NCBI GenBank assembly: GCA_903837075.1
Contig: CAILTI010000025.1
Coordinates: forward strand, 1 to 61,138
Direction: 5' to 3'
DNA length: 61,138 nt
DNA from: an uncultured bacterium
GTDB taxonomy: Bacteria > Patescibacteriota > Minisyncoccia > Phycocordibacterales > PALSA-1337
This document shows, piece after piece, positions 36,235-44,432 of the stretch; the first letter of the stretch is position 1, and the number at the start of each line of letters is the position of its first letter. Position numbers and translations under genes: made by a program. A model generated the notes under the pieces. That model searched no databases. It was given only the letters and a program-made list of their open reading frames with translations, and had not been told where the DNA came from.

Positions 36235-38085
36235 CTACATCCTCTTCGGTACCTTGATTCCGAGCAACCACAACCCTTCAGTCATCGTCCTCAAGAACGT
36301 CCTGGTAACGAGCAGTCGATAGACCGACAACGGGTCCTGGATGTCTATGATAGTTTGTGTCGCATAAAATGCATTGAATGCGCCGGCGAGCTGCACGAGG
36401 TAGTTCGCCACACCCTGTGGTGCATACTCATCTCCTGCACGCCCCGCGATATCAGTGAAGCGAACGATCAACCTTTCTAGCAGGCCGACTGTCTCTGGCA
36501 ACATTACTTCCCCCTTGTCCAGACCCTTTATACTCTCCTTAACCGCTTTGTCCAATATCGATTGCGCCCTAACCGCTGAATATTGCAGATATGGCCCAGA
36601 ATCTCCCTCGAAGGATATAGATGCCGCGGAGTCAAAAACGACATTGCCACCGATCGCCTGACGGAGGATGGTGTATTTGATAGCCCCGATCGCGATCATA
36701 TCAGCGATCTCATCCGCCTCATCAACATCGAATGCTCTATCAGCGATCTTTTCCATGACCATCTTCTTCATATCTCCGATCAATGACTCGGCAGCTATCA
36801 CATTGCCTGTCCTAGATGACATCTTGCCAGTGGCAAACCTGAGCATACCGTGTCCGATATGTATAGTCTTTGAACCGTTCTTCTCATCGATCAGAGAAAG
36901 TACTTTCGTGAGCACCTTGAAATATTCATTCTGCTCGTTGGCTGTGATGATGATGGACTTTGTGGCATCTGGATATTTCTGAAATTTTGTTACGTTCAAT
37001 CCAACATCCTTCGTCTCATATGTCGGCAGTCCGCGACTATTCACAAATACGCGAGTATGTAGCCCGTGATCTTCACCTTTGAATACGATCGCTCCATCAC
37101 TCTCTTCGAATACACCGATATTCGCACCCAAATCTGTCGATTTTGTATCACCCGATCTTTCGGCTTGTTCACCTTTCATATGCTCCCTCACCACCTTCAT
37201 GCCTACCGGAGCCATCTCACTCTCGAATATTTGCCGATCGAACTTCGTGCCCAGAAGTTGGTAAAGCATATCGAAATGTTCCAAACTCCATGCCCTGCCC
37301 TTTTCATAGAGATCATTCACCGCTTCATCAGACTCATCGTAGACTGCCTGGTTCAATTCATCTATCTCATTCTTCGCCGACGGGTCAGTGTCATAGATAT
37401 TGGTACCTTCGACATACATCTTGCCCAGAAATGCCGTCCTCTCTGCTATAGGTGCCGCTTCACTCGGTATCTCACCTAGGTGCAGTTGCATCGCCCAGAT
37501 CGCCTTGGCGATATGCAGACCGATATCCGACGGATAGCAGATTCTCACAACTTTCGCGCCACCAAATTCTATCAACCTAGAAATGGATTCCCCGATAGTA
37601 TTCGACATGACATGCCCGATGTGAAATGCCTTGAACGTATTGGGGTCTGTGTATTCGATGAGAACGGTGTTCCCTTTTCCGTCCTTTTGGGAGGAGTAGC
37701 TTCCTCCCTCCTGCCGGCCGGCAGGCACGGCAAACCCGTAAAAGGAATCGGGAGAAACCTCTCCTCCCAAGCGGGCAGATTTACTAATCTTAACAACATC
37801 CTCCGCAAAAACCTTATCCTCAATTTTAAAATTTATGAATCCCGGTCCAGCCATAGAAATATCTCGTATTCCCAATCCTTCAATATTTGAATTCTTCAAT
37901 CTTTCAATGATTTTCTCCGCCAACTCCTTCGGAGCCATCTGCAATTGCTTGGCATATGAGAGTGCGGCGTTCGTCGAAAAGTCTCCGTGGTCCAGATTTT
38001 CCGGATAATCTATCTTTACCAGTGGCTCGGAGATGCCGAGATCTATGAGAACAGTCCTCAATGCGTCGATGATGTATTGCTTCAT
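36235..38085 (-). CDS. argS: Arginyl-tRNA synthetase, carrying a family A insert
   Basis: AFHIGHVMS (HIGH-type), DALR-type C-terminal domain, C-terminal ..KRM. Confidence 0.95.
   Translation of the reverse strand: MKQYIIDALRTVLIDLGISEPLVKIDYPENLDHGDFSTNAALSYAKQLQMAPKELAEKIIERLKNSNIEGLGIRDISMAGPGFINFKIEDKVFAEDVVKISKSARLGGEVSPDSFYGFAVPAGRQEGGSYSSQKDGKGNTVLIEYTDPNTFKAFHIGHVMSNTIGESISRLIEFGGAKVVRICYPSDIGLHIAKAIWAMQLHLGEIPSEAAPIAERTAFLGKMYVEGTNIYDTDPSAKNEIDELNQAVYDESDEAVNDLYEKGRAWSLEHFDMLYQLLGTKFDRQIFESEMAPVGMKVVREHMKGEQAERSGDTKSTDLGANIGVFEESDGAIVFKGEDHGLHTRVFVNSRGLPTYETKDVGLNVTKFQKYPDATKSIIITANEQNEYFKVLTKVLSLIDEKNGSKTIHIGHGMLRFATGKMSSRTGNVIAAESLIGDMKKMVMEKIADRAFDVDEADEIADMIAIGAIKYTILRQAIGGNVVFDSAASISFEGDSGPYLQYSAVRAQSILDKAVKESIKGLDKGEVMLPETVGLLERLIVRFTDIAGRAGDEYAPQGVANYLVQLAGAFNAFYATQTIIDIQDPLSVYRLLVTRTFLRTMTEGLWLLGIKVPKRM
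37678..37777 (+). repeat. Family A element in frame in argS, with nested 16-nt GC palindrome
   Basis: TTTTGGGAGGAGTAGCTTCCTCCCTC + CCTGCCGGCCGGCAGG + ..AAACCCGTAAAAGGAATCGGGAGAAACCTCTCCTCCCAAGC. Confidence 0.9.
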
Positions 38086-38122
38086 ACATCAATATTACCA
38101 GAGATGAGACATATGGCGCATA

Positions 38123-38150
38123 TTGACAATCTCGATAAAAGGAGTATAGT
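38123..38150 (+). promoter_or_regulatory. Sigma70-like promoter TTGACA-16-TATAGT
   Basis: TTGACA at 38123-38128, TATAGT at 38145-38150. Confidence 0.45.
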
Positions 38151-38155
38151 GCAAA

Positions 38156-38457
38156 ATGGCTAGGAGAGACGAAGGTTGAATCTCCTGCACCCGCTTCGTT
38201 CGCGAACACCACTTAGAAGTACCGAACGGGCCCGTGCGAACCAATGGGAAAGCTAGGTTCCTCACCGACGCGGTAGATATAGTAAGCCAACGCTGGTTAA
38301 ATTCCTTGACAGCGACCTATCTACTGACGATCCCACACAACCAGCGCAGCAGCCATTCGCCATATATCTGTGATGATGATTTCATCCAATCTCATAGACA
38401 GTGTCTGCCGAATCGGCCGCGATCGCGAGTGATCCTTTGGGACTTCGCGATTTTTTT
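38156..38457 (+). ncRNA. Candidate ~300-nt structured RNA in the glyA-argS spacer (alternative: minus-strand argS leader)
   Basis: Promoter plus terminator GATCGCGAG..CTTCGCGAT+T7 (38421-38457). GC-rich, with many local palindromes. Confidence 0.35.
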
Positions 38458-38490
38458 CATATGAATACCAGACCTACGAAACTCACCGAC

Positions 38491-39747
38491 CTACACAGCC
38501 TTCAGTATCTTGTCGATCCTCATCGCGATCTTTTTGAAATCTTTCTCTTTACCGCCACGAGTCGTCTCCGCAGCCGTACCCAGACGTATACCCGAAGGAT
38601 CTGCTGGTGGGCGCGTATCGAATGGGATGGCGTTCTTGTTCACGATGATACCCTGTGCTTCTAGTTTGTTACTAGCATCTTTACCGGAAACTCCGCCGGC
38701 ACCGCTATCATTCTTCGTGCCTCCGTGCCACGTATCGACGAGAATGAGGTGACTGTCTGTCCCCTCTGAGATGATCCTCCAGCCCAGCTTCTTCAATTCG
38801 GCCGCTAGTACTGCTGCATTCTTCACTACCTGCTTTGCATATTTCGCAAACTTCGGACTAGCCGCTTCTCGTAGAGCTACCGCCACTGCAGCAACCTGAT
38901 TCATGTGTGGACCACCTTGTAAACCTGGAAAAATAGCTTTGTCTATCTTCTTGTCCAATTCTCGCGCATCACGTCTCACGAAGATGAGTGCTGCCCTAGG
39001 ACCACGGAGCGTCTTGTGAGTCGTTGTGGTCACGATATCTGCATATGGGAATGGTGAAGGATACACCCCCCCAGCAACGAGCCCCGCGATATGTGACATA
39101 TCTACCATGAGGAGAGATTTTGCCGCATCGGCAACCTCTCTCATGCGCGCCCACTCTATGATCCTCGGGTACGCCGTATAACCACTGACGATGAGCGCAG
39201 GCTTTTCTCGAACAGCCATCTCGCGAAGCTGGTCGTAGTTCAGTATCTCCGTAGCTTGATCAACTCCATATGGGATCTGAGTCCAGAATTTACCAGACGC
39301 CGTAACTTTCTGACCATGAGTGAGATGTCCTCCCTGGTCCAGTGCCATTCCCATGATTTTAGGAGTAGCTTGCACAACCGGAGGAACAGACTGATCCGCA
39401 GTAGCAGTATCCCCTTTTACATGTGTCGCGCCGAGTACTCCCATATATACTGCCAGATTTGCCGGCGATCCAGACAAGGCTTGCACATTTACATGCCAAT
39501 CCTTTGGATCTAGTCCGAATAACTTTAGTGCTCGTTCCTTGCAGAGCTCCTCGATCTTGTCCACGATCTCATTACCACCATAATACCTCTTGCCGGGATA
39601 GCCCTCGGCATATTTATTGGTCAGCTCTGATCCGAGCGCTTCCATGACGTCTTTTGAAACATAGTTCTCGGAAGCGATCAGGTTCACAACTTTCTTTTGT
39701 CGCTTCTTTTCGTTTCCGATCAATTTCCTTATTTGTGTATCTTTCAT
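38491..39747 (-). CDS. glyA: Serine hydroxymethyltransferase with ~20-aa insert
   Basis: GGHLTHG and PLP-lysine motif TTTHKTLRGPR. Confidence 0.95.
   Translation of the reverse strand: MKDTQIRKLIGNEKKRQKKVVNLIASENYVSKDVMEALGSELTNKYAEGYPGKRYYGGNEIVDKIEELCKERALKLFGLDPKDWHVNVQALSGSPANLAVYMGVLGATHVKGDTATADQSVPPVVQATPKIMGMALDQGGHLTHGQKVTASGKFWTQIPYGVDQATEILNYDQLREMAVREKPALIVSGYTAYPRIIEWARMREVADAAKSLLMVDMSHIAGLVAGGVYPSPFPYADIVTTTTHKTLRGPRAALIFVRRDARELDKKIDKAIFPGLQGGPHMNQVAAVAVALREAASPKFAKYAKQVVKNAAVLAAELKKLGWRIISEGTDSHLILVDTWHGGTKNDSGAGGVSGKDASNKLEAQGIIVNKNAIPFDTRPPADPSGIRLGTAAETTRGGKEKDFKKIAMRIDKILKAV
39357..39420 (+). repeat. Decayed family A remnant in frame in glyA
   Basis: TTTTAGGAGTAGCTT and CGGAGGAAC are collinear with TTTTGGGAGGAGTAGCTT and CGGGAGGAAC of the family A consensus. 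The remnant coincides with an SHMT insert. Confidence 0.5.
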
Positions 39748-39793
39748 AGTTTTTTTAATTTAATATTGTCTACGACAAATCGCATTGTAACAT

Positions 39794-39828
39794 GAAAAAG
39801 GAGGTGTCACGACTGTGCGACACCTCCT
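39794..39828 (-). terminator. Intrinsic terminator (minus strand)
   Basis: AGGAGGTGTC gcacagtcgt GACACCTCCT TTTTC on the minus strand. Confidence 0.7.
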
Positions 39829-40177
39829 ACCTATGCAAGACACTATACTATACCAAACCAAACCAACTGCATACTATATCAGTATACAATGAAAGACCTC
39901 GTTCGAAACCACGAACAGCGTGGGTCCCCTCACCGAGGACAGAAGGGAAAAATGGAGACCGAGTAATAATTGGAACATGATGAACCTCAACTACGGTCTC
40001 AGTTTGGTTTCCCGGTGAATGAATTCGCGAATGAATAAAAAGTCCAGAACTTCACGTTTTCACAAACCAGTTGACCTTAGCACCGAATTAGTGCCTCTGG
40101 TGTATTAGATTACTCCTATCATAAATATATTGCAAGGTAGTTATACACAGGGTGCTTCGAGGAGATCTGCCCTAGTC

Positions 40178-40215
40178 AAAAAAAGGCCCGTCACAGCAAC
40201 TTGCCATGACGAGCC
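40178..40215 (-). terminator. Intrinsic terminator of dut
   Basis: GGCTCGTCA..TGACGGGCC followed by T7 on the minus strand. Confidence 0.7.
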
Positions 40216-40299
40216 ATATGAACTGATACTTTCACTTACCTAATACCACTAGCACCGTATTAATTAAAGCAAAAGTAAATAAATTTTGCAAGGGGCAGA

Positions 40300-40722
40300 T
40301 CACTTCCCTGTACTGCCGAATCTCCCCTCTCCTCGTTTCGTCTCTGACAATTTCTGAACTTCCACGAGCTCGGCTATGGCAACTGGGAACACCACGATCT
40401 GCGCCAGTTTGTCACCCTTGCTGATCTTGTATATTTTCTTCCCTAGATTGATCAAGTTCACATTGTACTCGCCACGATATCCCGCATCAAAGACACCACC
40501 CATCGTATGGATGCCGGCGTTCTTGGGTAAGCTTCCTTTATCCTTGATGATCGCCGCATAGCCAACGGGAAACTCCATAGCAAAACCAACATCGAATATC
40601 TGTCTCTGGCCAGGCTTGAGAACATGATCACTCAGAGCAAATACATCCATGCCCACATCACCTGGATGAGCGTAGCTCGGCATTTTCGCGTCTTTATGGA
40701 GTTTTTTGATTTTGATTTTCAG
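40300..40722 (-). CDS. dut: dUTP diphosphatase; probable non-ATG (CTG) start upstream of the track ORF
   Basis: GDVGMDVFA, GVFDAGYRGE, RGEGRFGSTG. The in-frame upstream codons read (L)KIKIKKLHKDAK, the canonical dUTPase first strand, back to a TAA. Confidence 0.8.
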   Translation of the reverse strand: MKIKIKKLHKDAKMPSYAHPGDVGMDVFALSDHVLKPGQRQIFDVGFAMEFPVGYAAIIKDKGSLPKNAGIHTMGGVFDAGYRGEYNVNLINLGKKIYKISKGDKLAQIVVFPVAIAELVEVQKLSETKRGEGRFGSTGK

Positions 40723-40835
40723 AAATTTATATTAACATAGAAACTGAGCTCATCGGAACGTTGCAAAAGTTCGCAACGAAATGTAGTGTAAGTCTAGAAT
40801 AGTCAACACAAGAGAAAAACAGTACAATTCACAAT

Positions 40836-41720
40836 ATGAGATCACCTAATGAACGCACACCAGACAGCCAGTACCGTGATATTCTAGAGAAGATCCTCCG
40901 AACAGGTCGCGAGGTCAAACCGATCCATGGTGAGAAAGCTCGCATGTTGATCGGCCTACAACTCCGATATGACCTCAGCAACGGTTTCCCCCTCATTCCT
41001 GACAGAGACCTTGGAACACTCATGAAGGGTGCCCTATCTGAACACTTCGCTTTCCTCCATGGTGCCAGGACGCAAAAGGAGCTCGAGGCATGGGGTTGCA
41101 AGTGGTGGAGTCGCTGGGTCACACCAGAGAAATGTGCCGCCTTTGGCCTCGAAACTGGAGACCTAGGTCCCGGTTCATACGGACCTGCATGGGCAGCCTT
41201 CCCTACTGCCGAAGGTAAACCCTTCAACCAGATACTCGAAGTTGTTCGTCAGATCAAGGAGCGGCCATATCTCCGTACTCATGTGATCACACCATGGATA
41301 CCGCAATATGCCATCCAACATTCAGGACTGACCCGCAAGGTCGTTGTAGCTCCCTGCCATGGATACATTCACATTCTAGCTTTCCCTGAGAGCAAAGAAG
41401 TTAGTGTTCACCATTTCCAGAGGAGCGGAGACATGCCAGTCGGTGTTCCATTCAACATCATTCAGTATGCGGCTTTTACACTGATGATCGCTCAGATCAT
41501 CGGCTATACACCACGTGAATATGTGCACACCATCTCTGATGCACACATCTACGAGAGTCAATACGCCCTAGTCGAGGAACTGTTGAAACGTGAACCTCGG
41601 AAATTGCCTACAGTTACACTGAACCCATCTATCATGGATATCATGGACTTCAGGCCTGAACACTTCACTCTCTCCGACTACGATCCACATCCGTCAATGA
41701 AGATCCCAACACCTGTATGA
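40836..41720 (+). CDS. thyA: Thymidylate synthase ThyA (divergent)
   Basis: VAPCHGY (catalytic Cys), RSGDMPVGVPFNIIQYA, SDAHIYES, GDLGPGSYGPAW. Confidence 0.85.
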   Translation: MRSPNERTPDSQYRDILEKILRTGREVKPIHGEKARMLIGLQLRYDLSNGFPLIPDRDLGTLMKGALSEHFAFLHGARTQKELEAWGCKWWSRWVTPEKCAAFGLETGDLGPGSYGPAWAAFPTAEGKPFNQILEVVRQIKERPYLRTHVITPWIPQYAIQHSGLTRKVVVAPCHGYIHILAFPESKEVSVHHFQRSGDMPVGVPFNIIQYAAFTLMIAQIIGYTPREYVHTISDAHIYESQYALVEELLKREPRKLPTVTLNPSIMDIMDFRPEHFTLSDYDPHPSMKIPTPV

Positions 41721-42172
41721 GTAAGGGTTTCGTCAACCAAGAGAATACGCACTCGAGACCAGATGGCGCTTATGGTGAAGTCATCAGAAAGATCGCCAAA
41801 GATGGCGTTTGTCCATTTTGTAGAGAACATCTCACGGAATATCACAAACATCCATTGGATGAAAGAAAGTTCTGGTGGATCACAGACAATATGTGGCCAT
41901 ACAAACCATCACTTCAGCACAAACTAGTGATACACAAGGAGCATGTGAGTCATGTAAATGAACTCTCCAACGATGCCTGGGTGGAGCTTCTAGAAATTCA
42001 AAAGGAGTTGTCAGCCAAGCTGAACATAGTCGGCGGAACATTGGTGATGCGTTTTGGTGAGACACACTTTACCGGTGCCTCGGTCTCTCACCTTCATACC
42101 AATCTCGTCCAGTCCGATCCAGAGGACCCGTCCTACGATCCCAAAAAAGGTTTGGTGACACGTATAGGATAG
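41717..42172 (+). CDS. HIT-family nucleotide hydrolase/transferase
   Basis: Histidine triad VSHLHTNLV and CPFC. The start overlaps the thyA stop (ATGA). Confidence 0.7.
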   Translation: MSKGFVNQENTHSRPDGAYGEVIRKIAKDGVCPFCREHLTEYHKHPLDERKFWWITDNMWPYKPSLQHKLVIHKEHVSHVNELSNDAWVELLEIQKELSAKLNIVGGTLVMRFGETHFTGASVSHLHTNLVQSDPEDPSYDPKKGLVTRIG

Positions 42173-42192
42173 GTGAATAGCACCAACTAGAG

Positions 42193-43041
42193 TCACTGCA
42201 CCAATATCACCTCGACCCCAAAATGGTCGAGGATTCTTTCTGCATCGAGCAGTGAATAACCTTTTGAATAATAGACTTTCTTCACACCAGCGGTACCTAT
42301 GAGTCGTGCGCAGTTAGGGCAAGGGAATGTCGTGGAGTAGAATGTTGTCCCCTTCAATGATATCCCCTTCTTGGCGGCGATAGCTATAGCCTCGGCCTCG
42401 GCATGTATCGAGGTATAGACCTCCTGATGTTGGCCAGCATCAAAATTACTCCTAGGGTCTCCATTCATTGCCAGATGGAAATCTGTCGGCAGGTGATGAT
42501 TGTATGTGGAGATAACCACTTTCCCACTCTTCATAACCAGACAAGATATCTGCCTCCACCAGTCACTGCTCTTCTGTGCCAGTGTAAAAGCCTTGTCTAT
42601 CACCTTCCTATGAAATACTTCCTCAGTGATCTTCCTGCCTTCTGATACGACATTCTCTTTCAATGTTATCACCCTGTTCCAACGCAAGAAGACGGAAACG
42701 AATGATAGCTCTTTGTTCTTCAGATATTTTATGGCGATATCTCGGCACACCTCATCATCGGGCATGATGATGTGACCGTATCTGAATGATGCTAGCTGCT
42801 TCTTACCGACTGTCGCGATCTTCCTGTTTGTGAGAACCGACTTCAGCGCCGTCGTAATCTTTCTGGCCGGTAATAGTCGGAGATCGCGCGTGAGATGAAC
42901 GTAACTTTGTACCAACTCATCATCGAGAACCAGTATATCTCCGTCATTCTTATTGAAAAAATCCACGTACCCAGAATGAATAACGGGCACGAAAGCCAGG
43001 ATCGCAGATTTATTCTTCTTCGACATCATTTTTGAATTCAT
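42193..43041 (-). CDS. dCMP/CMP deaminase domain protein with ~130-aa unassigned N-terminal domain
   Basis: HAEAEAI and PCPNCARLI zinc motifs in the C-terminal half. Confidence 0.8.
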   Translation of the reverse strand: MNSKMMSKKNKSAILAFVPVIHSGYVDFFNKNDGDILVLDDELVQSYVHLTRDLRLLPARKITTALKSVLTNRKIATVGKKQLASFRYGHIIMPDDEVCRDIAIKYLKNKELSFVSVFLRWNRVITLKENVVSEGRKITEEVFHRKVIDKAFTLAQKSSDWWRQISCLVMKSGKVVISTYNHHLPTDFHLAMNGDPRSNFDAGQHQEVYTSIHAEAEAIAIAAKKGISLKGTTFYSTTFPCPNCARLIGTAGVKKVYYSKGYSLLDAERILDHFGVEVILVQ

Positions 43042-43710
43042 TTATTTCTTCCTTACTCGATCGAGAAATCTCTTTGTTAAACTGGAAACTTCTCGGGCGA
43101 GCTTCTCTGCACCCTCCATAGTCAGATTGCGGATCCTGGCGGACGTCGTCGTCGTAGCCTGAGGCGGCAAAGTAACGATCTCCTTACAAACGCCCCGATA
43201 TTCCTCTGCCATCGCTCGAGTAAAATCCGTCGTTGACTGGGAAACGACCAATACATCCGGCCGCACTAGTCTGATGAGATCGCCGATACCGTGGTTAGCC
43301 TGGCGTAATGTGACGACATCCACATGGCGCAGATGTACCAACATTTTCAGTCTCTCCGTTTCTGGGACGATCGGCCTATCTGGACCCTTCCTCTTGCGTG
43401 TAAGTTCATCAGAATCAACACCGACGATCAGAATATCTCCATAGGACTTTGCATTCTCGAGATATGCCGCATGGCCCTCATGGATGAGATCGTAAACACC
43501 TTGTGTCAGGACTACCTTGTATCCCATCTCCTTGAATGTCTTCACTATCTTCTCCAGATCCTTGTAATCAGGAACATACCTCTGGGCCAGATTCGATCCG
43601 AGGGAGATGATGTGCTTGATAGTCGTCTTTGTACCATTCGTCGAGACCTTGGGTATGTCTCTCACGTTAGTTATCTTTATTCCATTCGCTTCCTTTGAGG
43701 ACTTTTTCAT
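43042..43710 (-). CDS. Cytidylyltransferase-like (HxGH nucleotidyltransferase) protein
   Basis: GVYDLIHEGHAAYLENAKSYGDILIVGVDSDE resembles TagD/RfaE-II type. Confidence 0.7.
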   Translation of the reverse strand: MKKSSKEANGIKITNVRDIPKVSTNGTKTTIKHIISLGSNLAQRYVPDYKDLEKIVKTFKEMGYKVVLTQGVYDLIHEGHAAYLENAKSYGDILIVGVDSDELTRKRKGPDRPIVPETERLKMLVHLRHVDVVTLRQANHGIGDLIRLVRPDVLVVSQSTTDFTRAMAEEYRGVCKEIVTLPPQATTTTSARIRNLTMEGAEKLAREVSSLTKRFLDRVRKK

Positions 43711-43796
43711 TCACCAAGTATAATCTAGTGAATCGGAAAAGCAATACATGACAATGCTCGATTCTTGTATCAGAATATTCACCAGCAAATATACAA

Positions 43797-43805
43797 TGCT
43801 ATAAT
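43797..43805 (+). promoter_or_regulatory. Extended -10 (TGCTATAAT) 7 nt upstream of ATG, implying a leaderless mRNA
   Basis: TGC TATAAT at 43797-43805; ATG at 43813. Confidence 0.45.
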
Positions 43806-43812
43806 CATGCAC

Positions 43813-44313
43813 ATGAAAGTATTCATCATTTCCTGCCTCACGGCAGACGGTTATATAGGTAAACATTCGACGCATGCCGCGATGTGGACCAGCAAAGAGG
43901 ACAAGAAGCGCTTTATCGAGATTACCAAACGTGCCGGTGTCATCGTTATGGGTCAGAACACCTGGACGACTCTAGGCGGCAAGCCGCTCAAGGACAGACT
44001 GAATATCGTCTACTCCCCCACTCCACTGCCGACCATCGAAGGAATGGAAGTCACTATGAAAAGTCCTACTGATCTCATAGCCGATCTAGAATCTCGTGGT
44101 TTCAAAGAAGTTGCCATCTGCGGTGGCTCACAGATATACACGATGTTCATGAAGGCTGGCCTAGTAGATACCCTATATCTCACCATCGAACCTGTCGTAT
44201 TCGGAGATGGTATGAGGTTGTTCAAAGAAGACATAGACTACAAACTGACTTTGGCAGAATGTACGAAGACTGATACGGGCACACTCTTGCTGACATACAG
44301 TGTTAGTAGGTGA
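43813..44313 (+). CDS. Dihydrofolate reductase-like (RibD C-terminal fold) protein
   Basis: MKVFIISCLTADGYIG..., VIVMGQNTW, ICGGSQIY. The track ORF begins at a TTG (43765); I prefer the ATG at 43813. Confidence 0.7.
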   Translation: MKVFIISCLTADGYIGKHSTHAAMWTSKEDKKRFIEITKRAGVIVMGQNTWTTLGGKPLKDRLNIVYSPTPLPTIEGMEVTMKSPTDLIADLESRGFKEVAICGGSQIYTMFMKAGLVDTLYLTIEPVVFGDGMRLFKEDIDYKLTLAECTKTDTGTLLLTYSVSR

Positions 44314-44369
44314 AGCGCCGGGAATTACCTCATGAAGGAAGATTCTTAAATGAGTCACCCTCAAACTAC

Positions 44370-44405
44370 AAAAAAATCGCACACCCTATAGATAGGATGT
44401 GCGAT
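44370..44405 (-). terminator. Intrinsic terminator of the 178-aa gene
   Basis: ATCGCACA..TGTGCGAT followed by T7 on the minus strand. Confidence 0.7.
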
Positions 44406-44432
44406 GTGAAAAAGATGACGAGTCACAAAAGA

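Noticed and set aside
26153-38457. Assigning the three ~230-300-nt plus-strand candidates to RNase P RNA, SRP RNA, tmRNA or 6S RNA
   Set aside because: I could not find GAGGAAAGUCC/ACAGAA..CGGCUUA (RNase P), the GNRA-capped AGCA/GGAA helix 8 (SRP), or a GGGG 5' end with a tRNA-like CCA-proximal 3' end (tmRNA). GGAAAG-containing stretches (26182-26190, 33795-33803, 38246-38254) resemble each other only weakly. 6S cannot be judged by eye. I leave them unclassified pending a covariance-model scan.
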